From: an uncultured Clostridia bacterium
GTDB lineage: Bacteria > Bacillota > Clostridia > TANB77 > CAG-508
NCBI GenBank assembly: GCA_934162365.1
Contig: CAKPIK010000001.1
Span: 170,877-234,876 of the forward strand
Direction of reading: 5' to 3'
Length of the DNA stretch: 64,000 bases
Part shown: one piece after another, positions 28,493 to 39,782 of the stretch
Numbering within the stretch: the first letter of the stretch is position 1
How the letters are laid out: every line of letters starts with the position of its first letter
Position numbers and translations under genes: made by a program
Notes under the pieces: model-generated
Databases searched by the model: none
The model's input: only the letters and a program-made list of their open reading frames with translations
What the model was told of the DNA's origin: nothing

Positions 28493-30268
28493 TTGTATAT
28501 GAAAGGAAGATGGAGATTGAAAAAGAATATTTATCATACACATCAATGTAAAGAATTAGATATTTCTAAAGTAGGAGAAATTGTTACAGTTTCAGGCTGG
28601 GTAGAAAACATAAGAGATCATGGAGGAGTACTATTCCTTGATTTAAGAGACAATACAGATGTTTTACAAATTGTAAGTAATGATGATAGCATATTTAGAA
28701 ATTTAACAAAAGAGAGCGTAATTAAAGTAACAGGAACAATAAGAAAAAGAAATGAGGAAACATTTAATAATAAAATAAAGACAGGTGAAATAGAACTTCT
28801 TGTAGATAACCTAGAGGTACTAGGAAAATCAAAAAGTGAATTACCTTTTGAAATTATTGCATCAAAACATACAAAAGAAGATGTAAGACTAAAATATCGT
28901 TATTTAGATATGAGAAATAAAAAAGTAAAAGAAAATCTTTTATTAAGGGCAGAAATACTACATTTTTTAAGAAACAAAATGTATGACTTAGGATTTACAG
29001 AAGTACAAACACCAATATTAACAGCATCAAGCCCAGAAGGAGCAAGAGACTTCATTGTTCCATCTAGATTATTTAAAGGTAAATTCTATGCATTACCTCA
29101 AGCACCTCAATTATATAAAGAATTACTTATGGTTGGAGGATTTGAAAAATATTTTCAAATAGCACCATGTTTTAGAGATGAAGATGCAAGAGCAGATAGA
29201 ACGCTTGAATTTTATCAATTAGACTTTGAAATGAGTTATGTTGAAGAAGACGAGATTCTAGAAATTGGAGAACAAATCTTTTATGATACATTCACTAAAT
29301 TCTCAAATAAAGAAGTGTCACCAAAACCATTTAGAAGAATTGCATACAAAGATGCAATGGAAGACTACGGAACAGATAAACCAGATTTAAGAAATCCATT
29401 AATTATAAAAGACGCATCTGAAACATTAAAAAATACAACATTTGGACCATTTAAAAATTCAACAGTAAAAGTTATTGTAGTTGATGAAATTGGAACAAAA
29501 CCAAACTCATGGTTTAATGAAATTGTTGATTATGCATCAAGTATAGGAATGCCAGGAATAGGATATATAACACTTCTAGAAGATGGAACATTAAAAGGAC
29601 CAATAGATAAGTTCTTAAGCGAAGAAGAAAGAAAGATGTTAATTGAAAACTTTAATATGAAAACAAATTCAGTAATGTTTTTCATTGCTAATAGAAACAA
29701 AGCAATAGCACAAAAATTTGCTGGAATGATTAGAACATATATTGGAAACAAATGTGAATTAATAGATAAAAACAAATTAGAACTATGCATAATTAATGAC
29801 TTCCCAATGTTTGAATATGATGATGTAAATAAAAAATATGAATTTTGTCATAACCCATTTAGTTTGCCACATGGAGGAATAAAGGATTATGAAGAAAAGA
29901 AACCAGAAGATATATTAGCATATCAATTTGATTTTGTTTGCAACGGAAATGAGATGGCATCAGGAGCAATTAGAAATCATGATTTAGATAGCTTAGCAAA
30001 AGGATTTGAAATTGTAGGATATACTAGAAAAGAAATAGAAGAAAGATTTAAATCAATATTTACAGCATTTCAATATGGATGCCCTCCACATGGTGGTATG
30101 GCACCAGGAATTGACAGATTAATAATGTTAATACAAGACGAACCAAACTTAAGAGAGGTTCAAGCATTTCCAACAAGTGCAAGTGGTCAAGATTTAATGA
30201 TGGGATCACCAAGCGAATTAACCCACGAGCAATTAGAAGAATTAGGTATAGAAGTAAAAAGCAATTAA
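28493..30268 (+). CDS. aspS: aspartate--tRNA ligase
   Basis: Class II aaRS motifs and bacterial AspRS length. The N-terminal anticodon-binding region is HTHQCKELDISKVGEIVTVSGWV.. and the C-terminal motif 3 is GGMAPGIDRL. The true start is probably ATG 28499 or TTG 28517 (RBS AGGAAGATGGAG), because the ORF-track start overlaps the T-box terminator. Confidence 0.9.
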   Translation: MYMKGRWRLKKNIYHTHQCKELDISKVGEIVTVSGWVENIRDHGGVLFLDLRDNTDVLQIVSNDDSIFRNLTKESVIKVTGTIRKRNEETFNNKIKTGEIELLVDNLEVLGKSKSELPFEIIASKHTKEDVRLKYRYLDMRNKKVKENLLLRAEILHFLRNKMYDLGFTEVQTPILTASSPEGARDFIVPSRLFKGKFYALPQAPQLYKELLMVGGFEKYFQIAPCFRDEDARADRTLEFYQLDFEMSYVEEDEILEIGEQIFYDTFTKFSNKEVSPKPFRRIAYKDAMEDYGTDKPDLRNPLIIKDASETLKNTTFGPFKNSTVKVIVVDEIGTKPNSWFNEIVDYASSIGMPGIGYITLLEDGTLKGPIDKFLSEEERKMLIENFNMKTNSVMFFIANRNKAIAQKFAGMIRTYIGNKCELIDKNKLELCIINDFPMFEYDDVNKKYEFCHNPFSLPHGGIKDYEEKKPEDILAYQFDFVCNGNEMASGAIRNHDLDSLAKGFEIVGYTRKEIEERFKSIFTAFQYGCPPHGGMAPGIDRLIMLIQDEPNLREVQAFPTSASGQDLMMGSPSELTHEQLEELGIEVKSN

Positions 30269-30290
30269 ATAAAATTAATTAATATAAAAT

Positions 30291-30322
30291 AAACCAGAAA
30301 AAATTTTTCTGGTTTATTTTTA
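30291..30322 (+). terminator. rho-independent terminator after aspS
   Basis: AAACCAGAAAA-AA-TTTTTCTGGTTT followed by a T-run. Confidence 0.6.
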
Positions 30323-30503
30323 TAAAAACAATAAAAAGACACCATTATTTATCGTTCGACAAAACTACCCAAAAACTACCAAAAAACGATTACTTAAAAT
30401 GTAAAAAAATTACATTAAAAACATTGACATTTACATAAAATGGAATTACCATATAATTATAGCACGTAAGGTGCTGTAATAAATATGAAAGGAGGGGCTA
30501 CAT

Positions 30504-30677
30504 ATGTCTTACAAAGATAGTCAGGACTTTCGCAATGATTATCCTGGTGGATATTCAAAAAATGGAACAGTCTATGATGGAAACGGCAACGATGTTGGCT
30601 ATGTGACTGGTGACGGAGACTACCGTATTAATGATGGTAGTTCAAATGATCGTCAGTTATATAACAAAAAAAAGTAA
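30504..30677 (+). CDS. small Gly/Asn/Asp-rich protein (57 aa), unannotated in the ORF track
   Basis: Strong RBS AAAGGAGGGG 7 nt before the ATG. Translation is MSYKDSQDFRNDYPGGYSKNGTVYDGNGNDVGYVTGDGDYRINDGSSNDRQLYNKKK. GC is markedly higher than in neighbours. Confidence 0.5.
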   Translation: MSYKDSQDFRNDYPGGYSKNGTVYDGNGNDVGYVTGDGDYRINDGSSNDRQLYNKKK

Positions 30678-30747
30678 GTAACCCCTGCGGTGTGACTTAG
30701 TATTTTACTAGGGCACATTCATAAATTTATATAAATGGAGTATAAAA

Positions 30748-31503
30748 ATGGTAAATTATAAAACAACTATTGAACTAGATAATAATTATATTCTTGAAGT
30801 AATTAATAATGAAAAAGAATTAGTGCAAAATGCTATTGATATAAAAAAGATAAAATTATTTGAAATTTTAAAATGTAATGAGTTTATATTAAAAATTAAT
30901 TTTAATAATATAGATGAAAATGAATATAAAAGAATATTAAAAAAATTATTAAATATTAAAAATATAATTATAAAGTCTAAAGTAAAGGTTGGAGCAAAAA
31001 AAGAAAACAAATATTTACTAGGATATATATTGAATTATAATGAAAAAAATCAAAAACAAAATGATTTTATTCTAGCATTAAATGCAATTTTTTATAACAC
31101 TAGATATGAAAGATACAATTATATATATGACACAGTTTGTAATTATTTAGATGGATTTTTTTATGGTAAAAATTTATGCGATTTTAAAAATAGTCAATGT
31201 GGAGAAAAAAGAAATACTACTTCACTTACTGGATGTTGCCATCACTATAAAAATAGATTTTTGGGACCATTTACAAAATTTGTGCCATGTGAATATTTGA
31301 ATAAAAATACATATACATGTGATGCACAATGTATTTCTTGCAAATTATTTACATGTGATTATTTAGAGAAAAAAGGAGTTAAATTTAGAATAAAAGATAT
31401 ATTACTATTAAATACATTTTTTAATCCGTTGCAAAAGTATTTTATAAAAATTATGGTATTTACTCCAAAAGAAAAAATAATAAAAAGATTGATGATTTTA
31501 TAG
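30748..31503 (+). CDS. Cys-rich hypothetical protein (251 aa, about 10 Cys in the C-terminal half including C-x3-C-x2-C-x4-C)
   Basis: ORF plus a terminator immediately after. Cys cluster CGEKRNTTSLTGCCHHY...CDAQCISCKLFTC. Confidence 0.45.
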   Translation: MVNYKTTIELDNNYILEVINNEKELVQNAIDIKKIKLFEILKCNEFILKINFNNIDENEYKRILKKLLNIKNIIIKSKVKVGAKKENKYLLGYILNYNEKNQKQNDFILALNAIFYNTRYERYNYIYDTVCNYLDGFFYGKNLCDFKNSQCGEKRNTTSLTGCCHHYKNRFLGPFTKFVPCEYLNKNTYTCDAQCISCKLFTCDYLEKKGVKFRIKDILLLNTFFNPLQKYFIKIMVFTPKEKIIKRLMIL

Positions 31504-31504
31504 G

Positions 31505-31535
31505 TAAGTCAGAAAGCTATTCTGACTTATTTTTA
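31505..31535 (+). terminator. rho-independent terminator
   Basis: AAGTCAGAA-AGCTAT-TCTGACTT followed by ATTTTTAAT. Confidence 0.5.
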
Positions 31536-31652
31536 ATATAATTTGATATCTGTTATTTACAATATTAAAATTAAATTTTAATATGTAATCTGTATTTGTT
31601 GAAAATTGTCTAAAATCATAGTATAATAAAAGATGTATTAAATAATTGGAGG

Positions 31653-32510
31653 ATGTTTATGTTTGGATACAGATCAGATGGGAGAAAATTAAAGAATATC
31701 CCGCCATTTTTTAGAATTATTCCACAAGTAATGAGAACAAGAAGTGATTCTCAAGTTTATTATGACTATGATATGCCAATAAAGGAAATGGATGAATATA
31801 TCAATAGAAAAGCTGCAGAAGGAATAAAAATCTCATATATGAATATAATTTATGCTGCTTTAGTTAGACTTGTAGCATTAAGACCAAGGCTTAATAGATT
31901 TGTTATGAATGGAAGAACTTTTGCTAGAAATGAAATATATATATCATTAGCAATAAAGAAAAGTCTAAGTGATGATGGACAGGAAACAACAATAAAGTTA
32001 CCATTTGATGGAACTGAAAATATATTTGAAATTAAAGAAAAATTAGATAGCAAAATTAATGAAAATAAAGAAAGTGTTAAAGTAAATGAGACAGATGCAT
32101 TAGCTAAAGCATTATCATTAATTCCTAATTTTCTTTTAAAAATGGCGGTAAGCATAATAATGTTTTTGGACAAACATGGAATGCTACCAAAGTTTATAAT
32201 TAAAGCAAGCCCATTTCATACCAGTGCATTTTTAACAAATGTGGCTTCTCTTGGTATTGATGCAATATATCATCATTTATATGACTTTGGAACAACAGGT
32301 GTATTTTTAGCAATGGGAAAGAAAAAGAAAAGCTATATATATGATGACGAAAACTTTAAAGAAGAAAAATGTATATCATTAGCATTTGTATGTGATGAAA
32401 GAATTTGCGATGGATACTATTTTGCAAGTTCAGTTAAAATGTTTAATAGATATTTAAAAAAACCTGAACTATTGGAAGAAAAAATACAAAAAATAGAAGA
32501 TGGAAAATAA
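31653..32510 (+). CDS. 2-oxoacid dehydrogenase E2 catalytic-domain-like (CAT-fold) acyltransferase family protein
   Basis: 285 aa. A DHR..DG-like active-site segment CDERICDGYY and overall similarity of layout to stand-alone E2-catalytic-domain proteins of Firmicutes. Confidence 0.55.
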   Translation: MFMFGYRSDGRKLKNIPPFFRIIPQVMRTRSDSQVYYDYDMPIKEMDEYINRKAAEGIKISYMNIIYAALVRLVALRPRLNRFVMNGRTFARNEIYISLAIKKSLSDDGQETTIKLPFDGTENIFEIKEKLDSKINENKESVKVNETDALAKALSLIPNFLLKMAVSIIMFLDKHGMLPKFIIKASPFHTSAFLTNVASLGIDAIYHHLYDFGTTGVFLAMGKKKKSYIYDDENFKEEKCISLAFVCDERICDGYYFASSVKMFNRYLKKPELLEEKIQKIEDGK

Positions 32511-32609
32511 AAGGTGAGAAATTAAATTCTCATCTTTTTTCTTTTAAATAAGTTCTAAAATAAACTTGTCTTTAATAGTATTAAACAAATTTATTTTGGA
32601 GGTATTATA

Positions 32610-33173
32610 ATGAAAAATAAAAAAAACATATTAATTATATTATTAGTAATTATAATTATTGCAGCTATTATAACATTTGTATTAGTTAGAAAAGGAAAAG
32701 ATACAGATAATAATAAAATACAAGAATATACACCACAGGAAGAAATGTCTGATGATGAAATTAGAAAAACAATAATTTCATTATATTATAAGAATATAGA
32801 AACAAATTCATTAATTGCAGAAGCTAGGTGCATAGATGTAAAACAGTTATACAAGGATCCATATACATATTTAATAAACCTATTAATAGCTGGACCGGAA
32901 AGTGATAAATTAGAAAGTGCAATTCCGGAAGGAACAAAAGTGAATTCTTGTAAATTAAAAGGAAGTACAGTATATGTAGATTTATCTAAAGAATTTGTTG
33001 ATAATGCTGCAAGCGGAACCGAAGAAGAAAGTTTAATAATATATTCAATTACAAATACATTAACAGAACTAAATGAAGTAACATCTGTTAAAATTCTAAT
33101 AAATGGAGAAGAAAATAAAGCATTTAAAGATAACAAAATGAATTTTAAAGAAAGCTTTAGCAAAAACGACTAA
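32610..33173 (+). CDS. GerMN domain-containing (sporulation/germination) lipoprotein-like protein
   Basis: N-terminal TM/signal, then a GerMN-like region (VYVDLSKEF....IYSITNTLTELNEVTSVKILINGEE). Confidence 0.65.
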   Translation: MKNKKNILIILLVIIIIAAIITFVLVRKGKDTDNNKIQEYTPQEEMSDDEIRKTIISLYYKNIETNSLIAEARCIDVKQLYKDPYTYLINLLIAGPESDKLESAIPEGTKVNSCKLKGSTVYVDLSKEFVDNAASGTEEESLIIYSITNTLTELNEVTSVKILINGEENKAFKDNKMNFKESFSKND

Positions 33174-33201
33174 TAAATAGAGGGTATAATCTTTATACTC
33201 T

Positions 33202-33381
33202 CTATTTTAATATTTTAAATAATTTAATTCCTTTCCAAGCACGTTTCCAATTACCTAAAAAATATTCCACTTCATTTAAGGATTTTAAAGTATTGTCTTT
33301 ATATATTTTAAATTTACCTTTTTTCTTTTTGCTTTCGCCTCTAAAACCATCCAAATCTTTTATATTATACTTTTCAACCAT
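33202..33381 (-). CDS. possible small protein (59 aa), not in the ORF track
   Basis: GGAGG-CAAT-ATG on the minus strand. Translation is MVEKYNIKDLDGFRGESKKKKGKFKIYKDNTLKSLNEVEYFLGNWKRAWKGIKLFKILK. It ends at a bidirectional hairpin. Confidence 0.3.
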   Translation of the reverse strand: MVEKYNIKDLDGFRGESKKKKGKFKIYKDNTLKSLNEVEYFLGNWKRAWKGIKLFKILK

Positions 33382-33453
33382 ATTGCCTCCAATTGCATTT
33401 TTAAATAATTTATTATATAATATGTATAATTTTTTATAAAAGTTAGGATAAAT

Positions 33454-34203
33454 ATGAAAATAGAATTAAAAGATAATGAAAGAATTGATGATTTACAATT
33501 AAATAATTTAAAAATAATCCAAAATAAAGATGGATTTTGTTTTGGAATCGACAGTGTATTATTATCTGATTTTTCCAAAGAAATACCAACTGGATCAACT
33601 GTTTTAGACTTAGGAACAGGGACTGGAATATTAGGAATATTACTTTGCGGAAAAACAAAACTTTCTAAAATATATGGAATTGATGTACAAGAAGAAGTGT
33701 GTCAAATGGCCCAAAGAAGTGTAAAACTTAATAATTTAGAAGATAGATTTGAAATTATTAATGATAATATAAAAAACTTAAATACCATTTTTGAAAATTG
33801 TTCAATTGACGCAATAGTTTCAAATCCGCCATATAAAAAAGACAATTCTGGACTAAAAAACGAATCACAAATAAAACTTATTTCAAGACATGAAATTACA
33901 GCCTCATTAGAAGATTTTATAGAAATATCTTCTAAACTTTTAAAAGACAATTCAAGCCTATATATGGTACACAGACCAGAAAGATTATCTGATTTATTTT
34001 ATTTGTTAAGAAAATACAAACTAGAACCTAAAAAACTAAGAATGGTTCAATCATATTTTGATAGTAAGCCTAAATTAGTTTTAGTTAAGGCAACAAAAAA
34101 TGCAAAATCTTTTTTAAATATAGAAAATCCATTAATTATATACAACAAAGATGGTACGTACACAAGCGAAATATTAAAAATATATGGAAAGGAAACAAAA
34201 TAA
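33454..34203 (+). CDS. trmN6: tRNA1(Val) (adenine37-N6)-methyltransferase-like SAM-dependent methyltransferase (YabB/YfiC family)
   Basis: NPPY motif (VSNPPYKK), Gly-rich SAM motif LDLGTGTGILGI, and conserved synteny with rsmI and abrB as in Bacillus (yabB-yabC-abrB). Confidence 0.7.
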   Translation: MKIELKDNERIDDLQLNNLKIIQNKDGFCFGIDSVLLSDFSKEIPTGSTVLDLGTGTGILGILLCGKTKLSKIYGIDVQEEVCQMAQRSVKLNNLEDRFEIINDNIKNLNTIFENCSIDAIVSNPPYKKDNSGLKNESQIKLISRHEITASLEDFIEISSKLLKDNSSLYMVHRPERLSDLFYLLRKYKLEPKKLRMVQSYFDSKPKLVLVKATKNAKSFLNIENPLIIYNKDGTYTSEILKIYGKETK

Positions 34204-35028
34204 ATGGCAGGAATATTATATTTGGTTGCTACACCCATAGGTAATTTAGATGATATAACATTAAGAGCAATAAAAGTTTTAAAAGAAGTAGATTATATTG
34301 CTGCGGAAGATACAAGACATTCATTAAAACTTTTGAATCATTTAGAAATATCTAAACCATTAATTAGTTATCATAGACATAATGAAGATGTTAAAACAGA
34401 TATACTAATAAATAAGTTATTGGAAGATAAAAATATAGCATTAATCACGGATGCAGGAACACCTGGAATATCAGATCCGGGAGAAGCGGTTGTAAAAGAA
34501 GCAATAAAAAACAATATAAAAATTGTACCAATTCCTGGAGCATGTGCTTTAATAAATGCATTAATTGCATCTGGTATAGATACAACTGAATTTGCATTCT
34601 TAGGATTTTTAGCTTTAAACAAGAAAAATAGGAAAGAACAATTAGATAAAATAAAAAATGCAAATTTAACTACAATTATATATGAAGCACCACATAAACT
34701 ATTGTCAACATTAAAAGATTTAAGCGAAATACTAGAAGACAGAAAGGTTGTGTTGGCAAGAGAACTTACTAAAATTCATGAGGAATTTATTTATGGAACT
34801 GCTAATGAATTATTAAATAAACTTGATAATCCTAAAGGAGAATTTGTAATAATAATAGACAAAGCAGAGAAAATAGAAAATGAAGATATAAATTTTTTAA
34901 ATAATTTATCTGTTGAAGAACATTATAATTTTTATCAAAAACAAGGAATGGAAAAAAATGAAATTATAAAGAAAATTGCAAAAGATAGAAATGTAAAGAA
35001 AAATGAAATTTATAAATTATTTATATAA
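34204..35028 (+). CDS. rsmI: 16S rRNA (cytidine1402-2'-O)-methyltransferase
   Basis: N-terminal LYLVATPIGNLDDIT(L)RA....AEDTRH tetrapyrrole-methylase fold, typical of RsmI/YabC. Confidence 0.85.
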   Translation: MAGILYLVATPIGNLDDITLRAIKVLKEVDYIAAEDTRHSLKLLNHLEISKPLISYHRHNEDVKTDILINKLLEDKNIALITDAGTPGISDPGEAVVKEAIKNNIKIVPIPGACALINALIASGIDTTEFAFLGFLALNKKNRKEQLDKIKNANLTTIIYEAPHKLLSTLKDLSEILEDRKVVLARELTKIHEEFIYGTANELLNKLDNPKGEFVIIIDKAEKIENEDINFLNNLSVEEHYNFYQKQGMEKNEIIKKIAKDRNVKKNEIYKLFI

Positions 35029-35033
35029 TATAT

Positions 35034-35072
35034 AAAAAATAGTACTAATTAAATCTAATTAGTACTATTTTA
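35034..35072. terminator. bidirectional terminator between convergent rsmI and abrB
   Basis: Perfect hairpin ATAGTACTAATT-AAATC-TAATTAGTACTAT flanked by A-run and T-run. Confidence 0.55.
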
Positions 35073-35084
35073 TTTCATTATAAA

Positions 35085-35348
35085 TTATTCTTCTTTTTCA
35101 GCTGCAACTTTTTTACCGATTTTTTCAGCACATTTTTCACAAATTAATTTATCGTTATGAGTTATTAAATTTTTTGTGCTACCACAAAAAATGCAATTTG
35201 GTTCATATTTTTTTAATACAATTGAACTTCCATCGACAAATATTTCTATTGGATCTTTAACTTTTATATCAAATTTGTTTCTTAATTCTATTGGCAAAAC
35301 AACCCTACCTAATTCATCCACTTTTCTAACTATTCCAGTAGCTTTCAT
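35085..35348 (-). CDS. abrB: transition-state regulator AbrB (AbrB/MazE swapped-hairpin DNA-binding protein)
   Basis: MKATGIVRKVDELGRVVLPIELR N-terminus is diagnostic of AbrB. 87 aa. Confidence 0.85.
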   Translation of the reverse strand: MKATGIVRKVDELGRVVLPIELRNKFDIKVKDPIEIFVDGSSIVLKKYEPNCIFCGSTKNLITHNDKLICEKCAEKIGKKVAAEKEE

Positions 35349-35593
35349 AATTTAATCCTCCTAAATGTATCATATATTATTGAAAGTCATTCGCCATTTT
35401 TCGACAAAAAACCTCTATTTAAATAATACCATATTTAACAAAAATAGTCAATAAAAAACATATGAAAATATTGGAAACTGAGAGCAAAAATGTAAAAGAA
35501 TTATTACGTTAATAATAAAAGGGGTGTTAATAAAATTGTTAAGAATAAAACTTACGGCTAATAGACTTTTAAAGAAAAAATTGCTAAAAAGTA

Positions 35594-35622
35594 TTGACAA
35601 GCATTCATAAAAATAATATAAT
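35594..35622 (+). promoter_or_regulatory. sigma-A promoter TTGACA-17-TATAAT upstream of rpoB (about 290 nt leader)
   Basis: Perfect consensus hexamers are read directly. Confidence 0.5.
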
Positions 35623-35918
35623 ATTAACATTGTAAAAGAGAAGGGTGATTAAAATTAAAAAACTATGTGCGCAAAAAGTTTTTTAAGAATATAACATACT
35701 GTTAGGTAAGTTGATAAAAAAGAGAGTTTATCAGCCTACTTTTTTGTTGCCTTTTAAAAATTATTTATAAAAGAGGAATTACGTATAAGAAAGTGTGCTT
35801 AATCTTACGGGAATAATAAGCAGGGCCTATAAGCTTAAGCAAATACCCTATATGTTAAGAAGGACTTTTATAAATATTAATTTACTACCTGCTAATTTTA
35901 AAAACAGGGGTGATTAGT

Positions 35919-38900
35919 TTGGTAAAAGATATCAAACACGAGAAATGCATTCGTAAAACGTTTGCAAAAACAGAAGATGCTATTGTAATGCCTAATTTAA
36001 TTAAAGTACAAAAAGACTCATACGACTGGTTTATTAAAGAAGGTTTAGGAGAAGTATTAAGAGATATTTCACCAATAATAGACTATTCTGGAAATTTAAT
36101 ATTAGAATTTTTTGATTACTACATGGAAGACACAACAAAGTATTCTATTGAAGAAGCAAAAGAAAGAGATGCAACATATGCAACAAGATTACATGTAAAA
36201 GTAAGACTTATTAACAAAGAAACAGGAGAAATTAAAGAACAAGAAATTTACTTAGGCGATTTTCCACTTATGACAGATACAGGAACATTTGTTATAAATG
36301 GTGCAGAAAGAGTTGTAGTAAGCCAATTAGTTCGTTCTCCAGGATGCTATTATGCTTTTACATATGACAAAACAGGTAAAAAATTATTTACATCAACAGT
36401 AATGCCAATAAGAGGTGCATGGCTAGAATATGAAACAGACGCAAACGATGTATTCTACGCAAGAGTTGATAGAACAAGAAAAATACCAGTAACAGTTCTT
36501 TTAAGAGCAATTGGATTAGTTACAGATGAACAAATGTTAGAACTATTCGGAGACGAAGAAAAACTAAAAGCAACATTTGCAAAAGATACTATTAAAACTC
36601 AAGATGAAGCTTTAATAGAAATCTACAAAAAATTAAGACCAGGTGAATTACCAACAGCAGAAGCTGCAAGAAATCTATTTAGTGGATTATTATTCGATCC
36701 AAGAAGATATGACTTAGCAAGAGTTGGTAGATATAAATACAATCAAAAACTTTGCTTAGCTACAAGAATTACAAACCAAGTAGCATTTGCAGATATAATA
36801 AACCCAGAAACTGGTGAAGTTTTAGTTGAAAAAGATACAGTTATAACAGCTGAAACTGCAAAAGAAATCCAAAATTCAGGAATTAACATAGTAGACGTTA
36901 AAGTAAATGACAAAAAAGTTAGAATTATAGGAAACGGAACAGTAGATATACACGAAGTTCTAGATATAGACTTTAAAGATGTTAAAATAAAAGAAGCTGT
37001 TAATTATGAAATATTAAAGAACATAATTGACACAACAGATAAAAAAGATTTATTAAAAGTAATAGTTGAAAGAATGGACGAGTTAGTTCCAAAACATATT
37101 ACTAACGAAGATATAATAGCTTCAATAAACTACATATTTAACTTAGATCATGGATTAGGAAAAGTTGATGACATAGATCACTTAGGAAATAGACGTGTTA
37201 GATGTGTTGGTGAATTATTACAAAATCAATTTAGAATTGGTTTAACAAGATTAGAAAGAGTTGTTCGTGAAAGAATGACAATTCAAGACCTAGATGTTGT
37301 AACACCACAAACATTAATAAACACAAAACCTATAACATCATCAATAAGAGAATTCTTTGGAAGCTCACAATTATCACAATTCATGGATCAAACAAACCCA
37401 CTTTCAGAGTTAACACATAAAAGAAGAATATCAGCTTTAGGACCTGGTGGTTTAACAAGAGAAAGAGCTGGTTTCGAAGTTAGAGACGTTCACTTTACTC
37501 ATTATGGTAGATTATGTCCAATAGAATCTCCAGAAGGACCAAACATTGGACTTATATCAGCAATATCTTCATTTGCTATAATTAATGAATATGGATTTAT
37601 TGAAACACCATATAGAAAAGTAGATAAGAAAACACATAAATTAACAGATATAGTTGAATATATGCCAGCTGATGTTGAAGAAAAATTTGTAATAGCTAAA
37701 GCATCAGAACCAGTAGATAAAGATGGAAAATTCATAAACAAAAAAATAAAAGTAAGAATTGCAGAACAAATCGCAGAAGTAGCACCAGAAGATGTAGATT
37801 ATGTTGATGTTTCACCACAACAATTAGTTTCAGTTGGTGCAGCAATGATACCATTCTTAGAGCATGATGATGCTCACCGTGCACTTATGGGTGCAAACAT
37901 GCAACGTCAAGCAGTTCCATTATTAAAAACTGAATCTCCAATAGTTGGAACAGGTATGGAATACAGAGCAGCAAAAGACTCTGGAATTATGATATTAGCA
38001 GAAGACGATGGAACAATCGAAAAAGTTACTGCAGACGAAATTACTTTAAAAACTAAAAAAGGACTAAAAACATACAAACTACGTAAGTTCAAAAGAACTA
38101 ACGGTGGTACATGTATAAATCAAAGACCAATAGTTGTTAAAGGCGAAAAAGTTAAAGCGGGAGACGTTATAGCAGATGGACCTTCAACAGACAAAGGTGA
38201 AATGGCACTAGGAAGAAACGTTTTAATTGCGTTTGCTACTTGGGAAGGTTACAACTATGAGGATGCTGTTTTAATTAGTGAAAGATTAGTTAAAGACGAT
38301 GTGTATACATCAATTCACATAGAAGAATATGACTGTGAATGTAGAGATACAAAATTAGGTCCAGAAGAAATAACAAGAGATATACCAAATGTTGGTGAAG
38401 ACAGCCTAAAAGACCTAGATGAAAACGGTATTATAAGAATTGGTGCAGAAGTAAGACCAGGAGATATATTAGTTGGTAAAGTTACTCCAAAAGGAGAAAC
38501 AGAGCTAACAGCAGAAGAAAGATTACTTCGTGCAATATTTGGAGAAAAAGCAAGAGAAGTTAGAGATACATCTTTAAGAGTACCACATGGAGAAGCAGGA
38601 ACAATTGTAGATATAAAAATATTTACAAGAGATAATTCAGATGAATTAGGACCTGGAGTAAATCAAGTAATTAGATGTTATATAGCTCAAAAAAGAAAAA
38701 TATCAGTTGGAGATAAAATGTCTGGACGTCACGGAAACAAAGGTGTTGTTTCAAGAATACTTCCAGAAGAAGATATGCCATTTATGCCAGATGGTACACC
38801 AGTAGATGTTGTTTTAAACCCATTAGGTGTTCCTTCTCGTATGAACTTAGGCCAAGTTTTAGAAGTTCACTTAGGAGCAGCAGCTCGTGAACTTGGATGG

Positions 38901-39623
38901 AAAATTGCAACACCAGTATTCGATGGTGCAACAGAAGAAGAAATAACAGAATTATTAGAAAAAGTTGGACGTACACCAGACGGAAAAGTTACACTTTATG
39001 ATGGAAGAACAGGTGAAAAATTTGATAAACCAGTTACAGTTGGTGTAATGTACATGCTAAAACTTCACCACTTAGTTGATGATAAAATACATGCTCGTTC
39101 AACTGGACCATACTCATTAGTTACACAACAACCTCTTGGTGGTAAAGCACAATTTGGTGGACAACGTTTTGGAGAGATGGAAGTTTGGGCATTAGAGGCT
39201 TATGGTGCAGCACATACACTTCAAGAAATATTAACAGTTAAATCTGATGATGTTGTCGGAAGAGTAAAAACATACGAAGCAATTGTTAAGGGTGAAAATA
39301 TTCCTGAACCAGGAGTTCCAGAAAGCTTTAAAGTTTTAATTAAAGAACTACAAAGTTTAGGATTAGATGTAAGACTATATTCAGAAGACAATAAAGAATT
39401 AGAACTTAAAGAAAATATTGAAGATGGTATAGACTTTAATCTAGATAAAGAAAAGATTTCATTAGACGAGGAAAATGTAATTGAAAATGATGAATTAGAA
39501 AATGCTTATATAGAAGAAGATTTGGAAGAGGATTTATCAGACACAGAAGACTTGTTAGATGATGAAGATTTATATGATTCAGACTTAGCAATGGACAATA
39601 TAGAGGATGAAGAAGATAAATAA
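35919..39623 (+). CDS. rpoB: DNA-directed RNA polymerase subunit beta
   Basis: Unmistakable RpoB sequence, including the rifampicin cluster region (..[25 protein letters not shown]..) and an acidic C-terminal tail. The ORF-track start is GTG 35910. TTG 35919 has better RBS spacing (GGGGTGATTAG-TTG). Confidence 0.95.
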   Translation: MVKDIKHEKCIRKTFAKTEDAIVMPNLIKVQKDSYDWFIKEGLGEVLRDISPIIDYSGNLILEFFDYYMEDTTKYSIEEAKERDATYATRLHVKVRLINKETGEIKEQEIYLGDFPLMTDTGTFVINGAERVVVSQLVRSPGCYYAFTYDKTGKKLFTSTVMPIRGAWLEYETDANDVFYARVDRTRKIPVTVLLRAIGLVTDEQMLELFGDEEKLKATFAKDTIKTQDEALIEIYKKLRPGELPTAEAARNLFSGLLFDPRRYDLARVGRYKYNQKLCLATRITNQVAFADIINPETGEVLVEKDTVITAETAKEIQNSGINIVDVKVNDKKVRIIGNGTVDIHEVLDIDFKDVKIKEAVNYEILKNIIDTTDKKDLLKVIVERMDELVPKHITNEDIIASINYIFNLDHGLGKVDDIDHLGNRRVRCVGELLQNQFRIGLTRLERVVRERMTIQDLDVVTPQTLINTKPITSSIREFFGSSQLSQFMDQTNPLSELTHKRRISALGPGGLTRERAGFEVRDVHFTHYGRLCPIESPEGPNIGLISAISSFAIINEYGFIETPYRKVDKKTHKLTDIVEYMPADVEEKFVIAKASEPVDKDGKFINKKIKVRIAEQIAEVAPEDVDYVDVSPQQLVSVGAAMIPFLEHDDAHRALMGANMQRQAVPLLKTESPIVGTGMEYRAAKDSGIMILAEDDGTIEKVTADEITLKTKKGLKTYKLRKFKRTNGGTCINQRPIVVKGEKVKAGDVIADGPSTDKGEMALGRNVLIAFATWEGYNYEDAVLISERLVKDDVYTSIHIEEYDCECRDTKLGPEEITRDIPNVGEDSLKDLDENGIIRIGAEVRPGDILVGKVTPKGETELTAEERLLRAIFGEKAREVRDTSLRVPHGEAGTIVDIKIFTRDNSDELGPGVNQVIRCYIAQKRKISVGDKMSGRHGNKGVVSRILPEEDMPFMPDGTPVDVVLNPLGVPSRMNLGQVLEVHLGAAARELGWKIATPVFDGATEEEITELLEKVGRTPDGKVTLYDGRTGEKFDKPVTVGVMYMLKLHHLVDDKIHARSTGPYSLVTQQPLGGKAQFGGQRFGEMEVWALEAYGAAHTLQEILTVKSDDVVGRVKTYEAIVKGENIPEPGVPESFKVLIKELQSLGLDVRLYSEDNKELELKENIEDGIDFNLDKEKISLDEENVIENDELENAYIEEDLEEDLSDTEDLLDDEDLYDSDLAMDNIEDEEDK

Positions 39624-39782
39624 AATTAATTAAATAAAAAATACATAAATCAAATAAAATAGCAAAATGAATTGCTCAGCGGTGTAAATTTTAAATGTAG
39701 AGATGTATTTTAAATGTGGATTTTATACTATTAAATTATTCACAATTCATATTAACTACTAATTAAGTGGGGAGGAAATAAA

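Noticed and set aside
33360-33658. Minus-strand ORFs 33360-33578 and 33443-33658
   Set aside because: They overlap the N-terminus of the trmN6-like gene on the opposite strand and are low-complexity. A shorter 59 aa candidate at 33202-33381 with a real RBS is reported instead.
39430-39623. Acidic D/E-rich repeat tail at the RpoB C-terminus as a possible insertion or repeat element
   Set aside because: It is in-frame and continuous with rpoB, and acidic C-terminal tails occur in clostridial RpoB. No DNA-level direct repeat structure.
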